The notes beneath the pieces are model-generated. The model did no database searches and was not told the origin of the DNA. It saw only the letters and a list, made by a program, of their open reading frames with translations. From Haliotis rubra (lineage: Eukaryota), in contig NW_025766978.1 of assembly GCF_003918875.1 (NCBI RefSeq), forward strand, positions 248,001 through 312,000: DNA of 64,000 nucleotides, in the 5' to 3' direction. The position numbers and the translations under genes are program-made. Positions 51,115 to 64,000 of this stretch are shown here, piece after piece. How positions within the stretch are numbered: position 1 is the stretch's first letter; each line of letters opens with the position of its first letter.

Positions 51115-51844
51115 AATATCCTCCGGCCATACAGTAGATTCTCAACTAAGGGCACACAAGTGCAGAACGATAATGCTCCATTCATCTGAAGTATCCGATG
51201 GCTATAGCTAGATGCTCTTACCACAGGTCCATCTGATGACCCGGAGGTCATTGATGTGGGCTGACCAGTCGAGTCCGCCATGATATATTGACATCATCAT
51301 TCAGTATTATATTTGTTTGACTCACTTCTTTATATTTCTGTACTGCAGGTCACGTGTCCGCAGTAAAATTATCATAGTGAGTACGTGATATTTTGGTATT
51401 CAGAATTATATTTCTCCGTGAGGTTACCTTGAAAGGGACAGCTGTGCTGGCGAGGATCCGGGGCTATCACACTTCCTGGAATAAATGGGTCTCCAGACTA
51501 ACGAGGGATTGTAATACAGAAGTTGTCATATTTTGTATTTAGTCTTTTAAATATTTTGCTTTTATAATGTTTCCCATGACTAACGTATTTTTTGGACTGA
51601 CGAGGATCGGGGACCGATGTGCTTCCCGAAGGGCCGGTGTTACTGAAATAATGTAATCTGGGCTGGTGTGGTCTCCAGACCGACGGGGTCTCCGAAATAA
51701 CGTGATCTAGATTAATATGGTCTCCAGATAGATGGGTGTGTCGGGCAATGTATGTCCAAGATTGACAGTGTATGTCGACTTATGTGGTCTGCGCTGATGG
51801 GTTCTCCAGATTGACAGGTAGTCGGTCATGGGTTGAAGGGATCT

Positions 51845-52077
51845 CAGGACTGACGGGGGTTCTGGACTCACATGGATTTTGGACTAACGGGGGTTCTAGA
51901 CTCACATGGATTTTGGACTAACGGGGGTTCTAGACTCACATGGATTTTGGACTAACGGGGGTTCTAGACTCACATGGATTTTGGACTAACGGGGGTTCTA
52001 GACTCACATGGATTTTGGACTAACGGGGGTTCTGGACTCACATGGATTTTGGACTAACGGGGGTTCTGGACTCACAT
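51845..52077. repeat. Minisatellite, 34-bp unit
   Basis: ggactaacgggggttctagactcacatggatttt. Confidence 0.9.
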
Positions 52078-52529
52078 CGTTTCTGGAATGATCGGGGTGT
52101 GGGGTAAAATGTCTCAAAGGTTTCCGTGGTGGACGGAACTTAGGGATCATCAGTGTACACATCCGAGTTGTATGACCATGAACCATGAGACAACATACGT
52201 CCACATGCCCACGAACACGCAGACAACAGATGCCGAGCCGCTCACGCCAACACTCGATGCGATAAGGGGATTAAATACAACGAGTATTCAGAATTATCGA
52301 TCACCATGGCGATCTGACCTAGCCATGCATGTGGCGTATCAGTTCATCCATTTTTCACTCAACACCGTCGAGATGTCACATTGTCACGTCCTTCTGGGAC
52401 AAATTAGCTTGGAATAACTTCCTCTCCTTCTTTCAGCCATTCTTATCAGTGATTAGCTCCCAGATGAACTGTGAAGACAAAGCTTCATCACGAGAGATAT
52501 GAGTAGACCTCATTGAAGCTTCGTGAAGG

Positions 52530-52735
52530 GTGAGTGAGTGGGTTTGTTCAGTGCTGAGCAGCAGTTCAAGTGGATCACGGCGCGTCTGTTCTCCGCGAAT
52601 AGCCGTGTGCCACTCACTCCTGAACTGACCAGCAATGGTGTGGAGCTACAAAAACATACAGAATGACCGGGAATCGAACCCACGGCCATTGCGTACTGGC
52701 ACGCCCAAGGGAAGCACCTCAGCACATGGCCCTAC
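52530..52735 (-). mobile_element. Old tRNA-derived SINE
   Basis: B-box ggttcgattccc and (actc)n tail on the minus strand; no TSD found. Confidence 0.55.
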
Positions 52736-53431
52736 AAACACAATCCATATCTCCGGCGCTTGTAGAGGTGTTGTAAATATATCCAAATTTATCTAACTTG
52801 TTGCACTGATGCAGCAAGTCTCTACAATAGACGCTGGGTCCACTGCATCGTGCAGCAGTATAGATTGTTCAGCGACAGCTGGCAATTATCTGCATTCCGT
52901 TACATTTCATACCGCTAAAAAATCTCCAAACCAATAATGTTTATTACATTCGTTTGTCGTCATGTTTATCTACCACATTCACAGACGGACACCCTTTACG
53001 TGATAATCAATAGGAATGCAAAAATACAAACTGAGGGGCTGCTATACGTATTGTGAGATATATACTTGAGCGAACATTGTTTATGCTGATTTGATTTGCA
53101 CTAACTGAATTAAAAATTGAAATTGTACATTGCATTAGCACCTAACCACTTAAGAATGCAGGACATGTCACGAGCTTGAGATTTGAGACATTTTTTCTGC
53201 ACTGCAAGCGCTATTCTCCGGGAGGTCGCAAGTACATTATTGCCGCTTGGTGGAATTGAATTTTCAGACTTTACACGTAATGCAACGCACACAGTGTCAC
53301 CTTGGAGTTGATAGATTAAAAACCGCGTCTACACCACCTCCAGCAATCGTATTGTCCTTACAGTATATGTATATACCACTGCATTCACTTCATTTGCACT
53401 TGGATTTTGAGGTCAACGACGCTGGATACTA

Positions 53432-55898
53432 CTGTTGAGTGTTGAGGTCAACTGTTGGCCACAAATGAGGAGTCATATACTGTTGTCAGTGTTGAGGCCA
53501 GCTCGTCACGTCGAACTGTTGGTCACAATGAGGGGCCTAGGCATCATAGTGTTGTCAATGAGGGAGGCATGTTGAGGCCAGCTCGTCCAGCTCGTCACGT
53601 CGAACTGTTGGTCACAATGAGGGAGGCCTATAGTGTTGTCAGTGTTGATATCAACTCGTCACGTCGAACTGTTGGTCACAATGAGGGAGGCATATAGTGT
53701 TGTCAGTGTTGAGGTCAACTCGTCACGCCTAACTGTTGGTTACAATGAGGGAGGCATATACTGTTGTCAGTGTTGAGGCCAGCTCGTCACGTCGAACTGT
53801 TGGTTACAATGAGGGAGGCATATACTGTTGTCAGTGTTGAGGCCAGCTCGTCACGCCTAACTGTTGGTCACAATGAGGGAGGCACATAGTGTTGTCAGTA
53901 TTGAGTTCACTCGTCTCGCCAAACTGTTGGTCACAATGAGGGAGGCATATAGTGTTGTCAGTGTTGAGGTCAACTCGTCACGTCAAACTGTTGGTCACAA
54001 TGAGGGAGGCATATAGTGTTGTCAGTGTTGAGGTCAACTCGTCACGCCGAACTGTTGGTCACAATGAGGGAGGCATATACTGTTGTCAGTGTTGAGGCCA
54101 GCTCGTCACGCCGAACTGTTGGTCACAATGAGGGAGGCACATAGTGTTGTCAGTGTTGAGGCCAACTCGTCACTCGTCTCGCCAAACTGTTGGTTAGCAT
54201 TTACAATGAGGGAGGCATATAGTGTTGTCAGTGTTGATATCAACTCGTCACGCCGAACTGTTGGTCACAATGAGGGAGGCATATACTGTTGTCAGTGTTG
54301 AGGCCAGCTCGTCACGCCGAACTGTTGGTCACAATGAGGGAGGCACATAGTGTTGTCAGTGTTGAGTTCACTCGTCTCGCCAAACTGTTGGTCACAATGA
54401 GGGAGGCACATAGTGTTGTCAGTGTTGAGTTCAACTCGTCACGTCGAACTGTTGGTTACAATGAGGGAGGCATATAGTGTTGTCAGTGTTGAGGTCAACT
54501 CGTCACGCCGAACTGTTGGTTACAATGAGGGAGGCATATACTGTTGTCAGTGTTGAGGTCAGCTCGTCACGCCAAACTGTTGGTCACAATGAGGGAGGCA
54601 CATAGTGTTGTCAGTGTTGAGGTCAACTCGTCTCGCCGAACTGTTGGTCACAATGAGGGAGGCACTATAGTGTTGTCAGTGTTGAGGTCAACTCGTCACG
54701 CCGAACTGTTGGTCACAATGAGGGAGGCCTATACTGTTGTCAGTGTTGAGGTCAACTCGTCACGCCGAACTGTTGGTTACAATGAGGGAGGCATATAGTG
54801 TTGTCAGTGTTGAGGCCAGCTCGTCACGTCGAACTGTTGGTTACAATGAGGGAGGCATATACTGTTGTCAGTGTTGAGGCCAGCTCGTCACGCCGAACTG
54901 TTGGTTACAATGAGGGAGGCACATAGTGTTGTCAGTGTTGAGGTCAACTCGTCACGTCGAACTGTTGGTTACAATGAGGGAGGCACATAGTGTTGTCAGT
55001 GTTGATATCAACTCGTCACGCCGAACTGTTGGTCACAATGAGGGAGGCCTATAGTGTTGTCAGTGTTGAGGTCAACTCGTCACGCCGAACTGTTGGTTAC
55101 AATGAGGGAGGCATATACTGTTGTCAGTGTTGAGGCCAGCTCGTCACGCCGAACTGTTGGTTACAATGAGGGAGGCATATACTGTTGTCAGTGTTGAGGC
55201 CAGCTCGTCACGTCGAACTGTTGGTCACAATGAGGGAGGCATATACTGTTGTCAGTGTTGAGGCCAGCTCGTCACGCCGAACTGTTGGTTACAATGAAGG
55301 AGGCACATAGTGTTGTCAGTGTTGAGGTCAACTCGTCACGCCGAACTGTTGGTTACAATGAGGGAGGCACATAGTGTTGTCAGTGTTGAGGTCAACTCGT
55401 CACGTCGAACTGTTGGTCACAATGAGGGAGGCATATAGTGTTGTCAGTGTTGAGGTCAACTCGTCACGCCGAACTGTTGGTTACAATGAGGGAGGCATAT
55501 AGTGTTGTCAGTGTTGAGGTCAACTCGTCACGTCGAACTGTTGGTCACAATGAGGGAGGCATATAGTGTTATCAGTGATGAGGTCAACTCGTCACGTCGA
55601 ACTGTTGGTCACAATGAGGGAGGCATATACTGTTGTCAGTGTTGAGGTCAACTCGTCACGCCGAACTGTTGGTCACAATGAGGGAGGCATATACTGTTGT
55701 CAGTGTTGAGGCCAGCTCGTCACGTCGAACTGTTGGTCACAATGAGGGAGGCATATACTGTTGTCAGTGTTGAGGCCAGCTCGTCACGTCGAACTGTTGG
55801 TCACAATGAGGGAGGCATATACTGTTGTCAGTGTTGAGGCCAGCTTGTCACGTCGAACTGTTGATTCACAATGAGGGAGGCATATACTGTTGTCAGTG
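53432..55898. repeat. Minisatellite, 64-bp unit
   Basis: tgttgtcagtgttgaggccagctcgtcacgccgaactgttggtcacaatgagggaggcatatac. Confidence 0.95.
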
Positions 55899-57419
55899 CC
55901 GGCAGTTTACTACAATGCATACCGACGGTAATGAGTTGCTACTTAAAAATGTGCATTAGAAATTCGCTCTTTCTCCAGTGGTTGAGGCACGAAGTAACCA
56001 CACCCGGTCGAGCTTCTTAAAGTCACACTTATGATGTAATCCTTCCCACTGGGACTTGAACAATATTCAATCATAGTCGCGTGTATGTTCTGGGATTGTG
56101 TCTGTCCATGTCAGACATTGGCTTGCAATATGAAAAGAAGACGTGAAAAGACTGTTTGGTCCCATCGACCCCTCTTGGATATCAGCAAATGAGTCCATTA
56201 GGCTGGACTTACTGTCGTGGGGGCGACTGAATGCACAGACTGAACCCTGCACGATCTGTGGCCAACGTCTGTGACAGCAGAACTCATTTCCACTGTAAGC
56301 CAAAGGAGGCCACATAGGGACTAAGTTGGTCGTCTCATCGCGCAATTTAAGGTTTACGGTCTGAGGTAGGGACAGTGTCCTTCAACGCATCTCTCTTTCA
56401 TCAGCTAGTATCTGTTGTTTGTAATTATCACCCTGGTTCATGTGGAACCGAGGCAATAGTGGTACTTACAAAAGGTTGGTAGTGGCGACTCACTGGGATA
56501 CAAACGATCGGACAGGATGCTCGTGTTGCGTGGGAGTTCCTTACTTGGGGCTGGTGGCCTTGAGACTCCACGTCATCTTGATTGCGGGATATGTGTTAGG
56601 AGTTGAATTGAAGTTGTACGTCGCATTGTTTCAGCCTTATAGCGGCATATGTATCAGGAACTTGATATGAGAACATATACTACCACCGTAAACACTTCCA
56701 GATGAGCTCTTCGTCTCCCCGCCTTCGGTCGGCCATAACATGCATATGTTCGTCAGATCTCCATGGCGTACAGCATTAATCAACCCTTTCATAGTTGGTC
56801 ACAACGTTTTCACGACACCAATGTTATTTTATTTCTGGGAGGCTGTTTGAGTGATTTAACAACTATCTTATACATTCATAAAATTTAAACGAGTGTGTAA
56901 TTCTTATCCTCAATCAACATTTACCCATCAGCAGTCACCAGTCATCAATTGGAATGTGAGCATGACATTGCTTCCATATATGTTTGTCATGTCAGATATG
57001 TCCTGCCTTCTACCGAGAGCCGACCCAGTATCAGCTCTCTGCTCGTTTTAAATGTCTTCTGTATCCTCATTCCTCCTTATCTTCATCCTTCCCTTTTCAA
57101 CCTGGCATTCTCTTTCCTCTTGCAAAGCCTAGCCTCAATGTTTCTCTACTTGTTTCATGCACCCGTTTATCTCATATGCGCCCCCTCCTCATCCCTGCAA
57201 TCATCCTGTGCCGTGCACCCCCTCCAACTCGTGTCCCCGACCCTCCCCTCCTTGTGTCCCCTGACTTGTGCGTCCTACTATCACCCCTGTCACGTCCTCT
57301 TTCTTCACCACGGCGTCCACTTTCCTAAAACATTCCTGTCCCTTCATCACTTTTCTCCCAGGAAACCTATTTTCCCAATCATCCGTTGTCCTCTGCATCT
57401 CCACTTGCACCACTTGTTT

Positions 57420-58255
57420 CCAACAACGTCCCTGGGCTGCGTCTCATCTCCAATCAGACAGTTCGTAACCGACTGAGGGAAGCAGATATCCGAGCACGTC
57501 GACCAGTTAGATGACTGTTACGATGACATCACTTCTTCGTGCATGGTGGAGAACAGTTCTCTCCAGTGACGAGTCATGCTGCGCAGGGTTGGTGGAAGAG
57601 CCATGGTTTACAGGAGTCGCAATGAACGTTACGCTGCTAATTGTGTGCAACAGGCCGACCGTTTTGGAGGCAAAAGTGTGATGGTGTGGGCTGGCATCTC
57701 ACACAGTGGCCGAGCAGAGCTAGTGCAAGTTGCAGGTACACGTGTACGATACAGGGATGAGCCCTTGCAACCCTACGTTGTCCCATTTCTTCACCGTCAT
57801 GGAGGGAGTTTCCAGCATGACAATGCAAGACCGTTTATGGCTTACCCGATCGCCATATCTTTCACCTATTTAACATTTGTTGGATGTTCTTGACGGACGA
57901 GTACGACAACGTCATCCTTCTCCAGGAACACTCTAAGGACTGTGACAGGCTCTCCAACAGGAGTGGCAGAACATTCAACAACGCACATCTCATTTCTTCC
58001 ATGGGGAGGCGGGGCCATGCAGAGATAAACGTTAATGCGGGGACATACCCGCTATAAAAAATATGACACCCCCAGTTGCTGTTAATTGTCTTTGATGTTT
58101 CATTTCGTGAACAAGGTATCATTCTTATTGGAGATACGATCAGTTGATAACCTAAGAGCATGTATTCGATGTTGTTTTTATAAATATTTGTTTTCCGAGT
58201 AAAATATATCTCCCTGAAATTTGATGTTAGGTTACTTTCTTTGAAAAATATATAT
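57420..58255 (+). mobile_element. Decayed Tc1 transposase remnant
   Basis: TVRNRLREADIRARRP; FSDES; RNERYAANCVQQADRFGGKSVMVWAGISH; FQHDNARP. Confidence 0.85.
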
Positions 58256-58482
58256 CGCCCTGTCTCATGTGTCCTGTTTCCTCCACAGTATCCTTTCCGT
58301 ATGCATCCCACTCTGGATATTCGTGTATGTGTAATGTATGGCACATTATATCTATGTCATTCCTAGATACTGGCGAATGTGTAATGTGGGGTACATTCTC
58401 TATGTCATTCCTGGATACTGGCGAATGTGTAATGCGGGCACATTCTCTATGTCATTCCTAGATACTGGCGAATGTGTGATGT

Positions 58483-58920
58483 GTAGTAGTAGTAGTAGTA
58501 GTAGCAGTAGTAGGTGGAGGAGGAGTTGTAGTAGTAGCAGGTCGAGGAGGAGTTGTAGTAGTAGCAGCAGTAGTAGTAGTAGTAGCAGCAGCAGTAGTAG
58601 TAGTAGCAGTAGTAGTAGGTGGAGGAGTTGTAGTAGTAGTAGTAGGTGGAGGAGTTGTAGTAGTAGCTGTAGTAGCAGTAGTAGTAGTTGTAGTTGTAGT
58701 AGTAGTAGTAGTAGCAGTAGTAGTAGTAGTAGTTGTAGTAGTAGTAGTAGTAGTATCGCAGTATTAGTAGGTGGAGGAGGAGTTGTAGTAGTAGCAGTAG
58801 TAGTAGAAGTAGCAGTGGTAGTAGTAGTAGTAGTAGGTGGAGGAGTTTGTAGTAGTAGCAATAGTAGTAGTAGTAGTAGCAGTGGTAGTAGTAGTAGTGG
58901 TAGTAGTAGTGAGTAGTAGC
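58483..58920. repeat. (AGT)n microsatellite, preceded by a short ~47-bp tandem repeat (58310-58480)
   Basis: Direct sequence. Confidence 0.95.
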
Positions 58921-59192
58921 AGATAGGTAGGGAGGGAGTTTGTAGTGAGTAGTAGAGTGAAAACGATTATCAATGATGTCTGAAATGTAGGTCTTTGGTA
59001 TATATACATCTCGTTTTCACGATCCAAATATGTTTTTACGCATGACTGCGAATTCACAAACTTGTCAGTGGAACATCTAAACGTTCAATGTTAGCCATTA
59101 GACGTCCCTGGTGTCCAATCACAGAAGTCAGTTCAGTTCAAAGGTAACGTTCAATGTGAGCCATTGCTGCATTCAAGAAAGTAGTTCAGAGA

Positions 59193-60440
59193 TCACGTGT
59201 CGTCAACTCTATTGACCTCCTCTGCTATGTTCAGATGAACCTTTTCCGAATCTGCATCGTAAACCGCTTTTGTTTCCTTAGCGCAATTGTCATTGCCATT
59301 CCTGACTGGAGAACGATTGATAATAACTGATGGCTGTGTCTCAACGTTAGTGTACTGTGTATAGCTGTTCGAAGCACTGTTTTGACGTGAAGGGAAAAAG
59401 AGGCATGGTACTACCAGTTTGAACTCTTTCTTAAAGTTATCATTCATCCAGGCATACAGGAAAGGGTTATATATCGTTGAGCTCATTGCGATGACATGGG
59501 CAATGAAGAATATCAAAGTGAAATAGTACCACACAGCAATGGTCGTCTCATACTCTCGGACAAGATGGACAACATTCAAGGGCATCCAGCAACACACAAA
59601 TATCGTAACCATGGCAATCAACATTCTGTTGGTACGCTTTTTTCTTTTAATCTCCAGTTCATCCCGCTCCCGCGTCCTTGACCCTGAGCCAATCTTGACC
59701 TTCGTTCTTTTCTTCAAGGCCAAGGACACCATGGTGTAGCAGAAGGTGATTATACTGCAAGGCACTATGTACTGTAAGACTAGACTGGTTACAGTGAAAA
59801 ACTGCCGGGCTTGAACTCGCGGCCATTTCTCGGAGCATGCGTAGCTGTCCGTCTTATTGGTCACCTCAACCTCGTGGTATATTCCGAGCGGTAACGAAAT
59901 GGACACGGAAATGATCCATATAGCGATAATCATCAAGAGACACATGTAGATCTTCATACGCGGTTTGAAGGGGTACACAATCACGAAATACCGGTCAACG
60001 GCAATGGCGGTGGAGGTCAGGGTCGAGACGTACACGCTGATGCAGAGGATCATGGGAACGATGTGACAGAGTCCCTCTCCAAACACCCAGGAATCCAGGA
60101 AATACGAGATGGGAGTGAAGGGTACTGCTAGGAGGGCGATCAAAATGTCTGACACGGCCAGGTTGGTGATGAAGATGTTTGTAATGGTTTGCATGGCCTT
60201 GTTTCTCAGCACGACGTACACCACGAGGGAGTTGCCGGTGATGCCCAGGAGGAAGATGATGCAGTACATGATGATGAAGAGGACCATCAACCACGTGAGA
60301 CGCATGACCTGCTGGTTGTCCTCAGGGTCCATCAGGGGGTAGTAAGGGGAGACGCTCTCATAACGGGGGGCTTGTTGGGTGGTGCTGTCACCCCCCCAAT
60401 TACTTGCCACGTATCCGCTGGATGACGTAATAAGAGACAT
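59193..60440 (-). CDS. sNPFR: Class A GPCR, short neuropeptide F / prolactin-releasing peptide receptor-like (415 aa, single coding exon)
   Basis: Seven TM segments; GNSLVVYVVLRNKAMQTITNIFITNLAVSD, LAVPFTP, STLTSTAIAVDRYFVIVYPFKPRM, CWMPLN, AHVIAMSSTIYNPFLYAWMNDNFKKEF; ATG in a gccaccATG context at 60440; in-frame stop upstream. Confidence 0.92.
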   Translation of the reverse strand: MSLITSSSGYVASNWGGDSTTQQAPRYESVSPYYPLMDPEDNQQVMRLTWLMVLFIIMYCIIFLLGITGNSLVVYVVLRNKAMQTITNIFITNLAVSDILIALLAVPFTPISYFLDSWVFGEGLCHIVPMILCISVYVSTLTSTAIAVDRYFVIVYPFKPRMKIYMCLLMIIAIWIISVSISLPLGIYHEVEVTNKTDSYACSEKWPRVQARQFFTVTSLVLQYIVPCSIITFCYTMVSLALKKRTKVKIGSGSRTRERDELEIKRKKRTNRMLIAMVTIFVCCWMPLNVVHLVREYETTIAVWYYFTLIFFIAHVIAMSSTIYNPFLYAWMNDNFKKEFKLVVPCLFFPSRQNSASNSYTQYTNVETQPSVIINRSPVRNGNDNCAKETKAVYDADSEKVHLNIAEEVNRVDDT

Positions 60441-60447
60441 GGTGGCT

Positions 60448-60463
60448 GTGACGTCACTTCCGC
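60448..60463 (-). promoter_or_regulatory. Overlapping ETS-CRE composite motif just upstream of the GPCR ATG
   Basis: GCGGAAGTGACGTCAC on the minus strand. Confidence 0.4.
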
Positions 60464-60505
60464 TCAAGATATGAGATCAGTTGGCAACACAGGTCAAGGA
60501 CATAC

Positions 60506-60530
60506 CTGAAACAATTGGAAATAATGAATG
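60506..60530 (-). promoter_or_regulatory. Probable 3' splice site of a 5'-UTR intron of the GPCR gene
   Basis: cattcattatttccaattgtttcag|G; exon would start at 60505, 65 nt before the ATG. Confidence 0.55.
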
Positions 60531-62384
60531 AAACAATGACAAAAGTGATAATTACCCATATATCTATAACGCTTATGAAAACATTAACTCGTACAACAAA
60601 AAGTAGTCCTAACATATCAACAATCGCATGGTCTCTAGCGGAAACTTTAGATTAAGGGAATTTGAGTAATAAGGGCAAACCGACAATTGAGTCTATACAT
60701 GCTTCATGCCACATGCCTGAGTGACCTACTAAATGACAGACATCTTCATGGGGGGACCCGAAGCCAGTGACACTGACAACTGATGGCACAGAAGATTCAA
60801 CACACTGGCATCGTATGTTGTTATATCGGTTTAATCGGTTTAAGACTTCCCTGTTAGGTATATTGCGTGGGAATGATGGCTATCACATGTCGTCACATCA
60901 CTGTGATGCCGATCAACTCACTCACTCACTCACCCACCCGAACCACCCACCCATCCTCTCACTCACTCACTCAATCACTCAGTCACTCAGGTTGACAAGC
61001 GACAAACGGACATTAGACATTTCAACAAATATAAGTGAAAACATCTTGATGCTTAATTAACCACCAATGAGATTTTCCCCCATGAAAAGGAAACCAGTGG
61101 TAGTGTAAAACTGTGTTGTAGCGCGAGTAATGTGATGCCTTCCCAGAATACATATATCCTTTCCTGTTCCATGTGTATAGATACTGGTTGTGTAGGAGGC
61201 CGGACATAATTAACACCCACGCGCTTCTTGTATTTCTCAGATGAAATCTCCCACAACCACATGAAGAACAGCTAACATCATCTCGTGCCTGGACTTCAGG
61301 GGGCTACTATAAATACCGATCGACTCCTCTTATCATATGTTTGAAGAACTAGATTTTCTGTTGGTAAAGAATTATATCAACCAAATAAAAGTTGAATGCA
61401 TGTTTAACGTGTCTGGTCACGTACATTTAAATTACACGTATATACGGGACGTGTCAGTGTTATGTGTTTGGTCACGTACATGCATATGGAACATATCAGT
61501 GTTCTGCCTATCACTATGAATCACTCTGATACGAATCAGTAATTCAGACCCGACACACGGGGAGACAGTAGTGGTCGATGTGTGTCACGTTTATACAAGA
61601 CTCCATGTAAGTCTGTGTGTAACGCTTAGACAAAACACCATGCAAGTCTGAGTTTGAAAAGTCGACTCCAGGACATGTGAACTTCTTGGCATCAGTTTTT
61701 TCTTGGGCAAATGAAACTGACACAGCGATACGGAAGACGAAAATGACAGGTTCACTGGTTCAATACAATCTGAATTAATGCCGCAGTGACGTTCCAGCTT
61801 CCTTGTATCGGAGACAGTCATTCAATGTGACAAGCAGAACGAAATCCAATCAAAGCAGTATCTCATTATTGGAATAGGAAGAGTGACTCTGTCTTGCTGC
61901 CTGTAGCAGGGAGGCAGTAATTTGAGCAGCAGGTGCCACACTTTGGTTATCACTGTCACAACTTGATACTCATCCCAAGAATTCAAGGACATTTTGTGTG
62001 ATGGGCCTTGGCGTCCAAAACACTCTACCGTCGTTAAGGGTATGTAAAATACAGACATAAACATACTCTATAACCTTGCTACCACGACCCGACAACTACA
62101 CACGTGAAGTCAGCTAGCAGGGACTGTATAGTTCAAGACGTCGACGCAATACTTGCTTTCTCAACACACTATCGACTTATGTTCTCAGTATGCTAAGCTT
62201 GGAGTGCGACGATATGGCAGCGAGACAATGGTTTTCTGTGATACATTGGGCGCTTCACTCAATCGTTGTATTTATGCACAGTTTCTAAATGTTACTTCAT
62301 AGGATGTAATTATGCCTGAAATGTCGATTATTTTGTGAATGATCTGTTGGATCAGGTGGCCCGGCTCTGGCACATGGCACATTG

Positions 62385-62695
62385 CATATCACTCAACCTG
62401 ATGTTGTACATCGTTGATCATATCACTCTACCTGATGTGGTAGATAGTTGATCATATCACCCTACCTGATGTTGTAGATAGTTGATCATATCACTCTACC
62501 TGATGTTGTAGATAGTTAATCATATCACTCTACCTGATGTTGTAGATAGTTAATCATATCACTCTACCTGATGTTGTAGATAGTTAATCATATCACTCTA
62601 CCAGATGTTGTAGATAGTTGATCATATCACTCTCTCTGATGTTGTAGATAGTTTATCATATCACTCTACCTGATGTTGTACATAGTTGATCATAA
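62385..62695. repeat. Minisatellite, 34-bp unit
   Basis: atcatatcactctacctgatgttgtagatagttg. Confidence 0.9.
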
Positions 62696-63692
62696 TATCT
62701 ATCGCAAGATTTTGGGACAGGCTGCGGTCACGAAGTTGAAGCTTTTAAGAACAACCTAGAGTTGTAAGTATGTTAATTGAGTGAACTTTGCTATTTAATG
62801 TTATCAAAAAGAACACACTGGAGCGTTCATCTAATACAGTTTTTTTCTGTAATTAGCGAAAACCCCAAACCCAAAGCCTTGGACATCAGGAGTGAAGTTT
62901 CCCGACAGACAGCTTCAAGTTACTGTACTTTGTTGTATGGCAGCGTACTGATTGTGTTCCCCGGCGAGTAACGCCTCTGTTACAAAATGTACTAAATACG
63001 CTGGCCGAACTTCGTCGGCTTGACCATTCAACTGCACTAGGGATTGTTTCTATAGCTACTTAAGACATAGTCACGTATTTAATTATCGCGTTGAGAGGGG
63101 TCAGTCGGCAAGTCATTAGACGAACACGTGGCTAGAATGACCACCTACTGTTGTGGTCCTCTTGAGTTGCGTGTCCGTCTTTGAAATGTAGATGAGCCCA
63201 GCTCAAGTGAAAGCATCCCCGACTGGCCGGCCTGCTACACAGGCAAATGATTCTTCAGACAAACGGCCAGATCGATGAACACAAACGTCAGGTGTTCGTA
63301 GTTAGTAATGACGAAATCAGGTGAGGATACAAATAGTTGTTTGGTTCAGTATTGGCCAACAGAAAGAAGAGTCACAATCAGACCACAGTCGTACCTTGTC
63401 ATGTATAGTTAATGGTTGCGTCAAGTGCAGTGTGAATTATTAATGACCGGACTTAACCCGGGGAAGGAACTCCGTGCTGGAACCCTGACAGGTTGACAGC
63501 AGCTCATGTAGCACTTCTCATGCTGGGATATGATAACACAATTATCAACAGCTACAATGCAATATATGGTTCTCTCCGTTGGTATATATATCTTCAATTG
63601 TCAGTCAAGACTCGGTCAACACTCAACACCAGCCTCCAGACGTTAGGCGAACACGTAGACACACAATAAATTATTCTGTTCTAATACCGACT

Positions 63693-63901
63693 NNNNNNNN
63701 NNNNNNNNNNNNNNNNNNNNNNNNNNNNNNNNNNNNNNNNNNNNNNNNNNNNNNNNNNNNNNNNNNNNNNNNNNNNNNNNNNNNNNNNNNNNNNNNNNNN
63801 NNNNNNNNNNNNNNNNNNNNNNNNNNNNNNNNNNNNNNNNNNNNNNNNNNNNNNNNNNNNNNNNNNNNNNNNNNNNNNNNNNNNNNNNNNNNNNNNNNNN
63901 N
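63693..63901. other. Assembly gap followed by a (cgta)n/(tatg)n microsatellite
   Basis: Run of N, then tetranucleotide repeats to 63968. Confidence 1.
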
Positions 63902-64000
63902 CGAACGAACGTACGTACGTACGTACGTACGTACGTACGTATGTATGTATGTATGTATGTATGTATGTACCTCACACATAAATGTCGTTCTCTGCAGCTG

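Noticed and set aside
29738-55898. Arrays that look superficially like CRISPR
   Set aside because: Head-to-tail units without unique spacers, no cas genes, eukaryotic context
58338-59057. Poly-Ser / poly-Leu / poly-Thr ORFs
   Set aside because: Translation of the (AGT)n microsatellite
60441-60467. GPCR start at 60467 in the ORF track
   Set aside because: That codon is TTG; the first ATG, in a strong Kozak context, is at 60440

Overview
Repeat-rich animal genomic DNA. The SINE families and the GPCR point to a gastropod mollusc, probably abalone-like (inference). There are two assembly gaps. The only clear host gene is an intact short-neuropeptide-F/PrRP-type GPCR with a single coding exon (minus strand, 59193-60440). 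The rest is satellites and transposon layers. Highlights: (1) a full-length, TSD-bounded I-group (Nimb-like) LINE at 14580-20681 whose first 59 nt fold into a compact HDV-like ribozyme with almost no P4, cutting exactly at the insertion boundary; (2) a SINE without a tRNA head whose 5' end is a pseudoknot resembling that ribozyme's P1/P2 scaffold without the catalytic core, and whose 3' tail matches the LINE, plus tRNA-headed SINEs with the same tail; (3) an internally deleted Gypsy-type LTR element with an env-like ORF, a 4-bp TSD and an intron-like 866-nt segment inside its LTR; (4) several Tc1/mariner relics, a pair of inverted TTAA-flanked Kolobok-like MITEs, a foldback element, CR1-like fragments and Penelope-like hammerhead remnants. 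All family assignments come from recognising motifs by eye; no searches were run.
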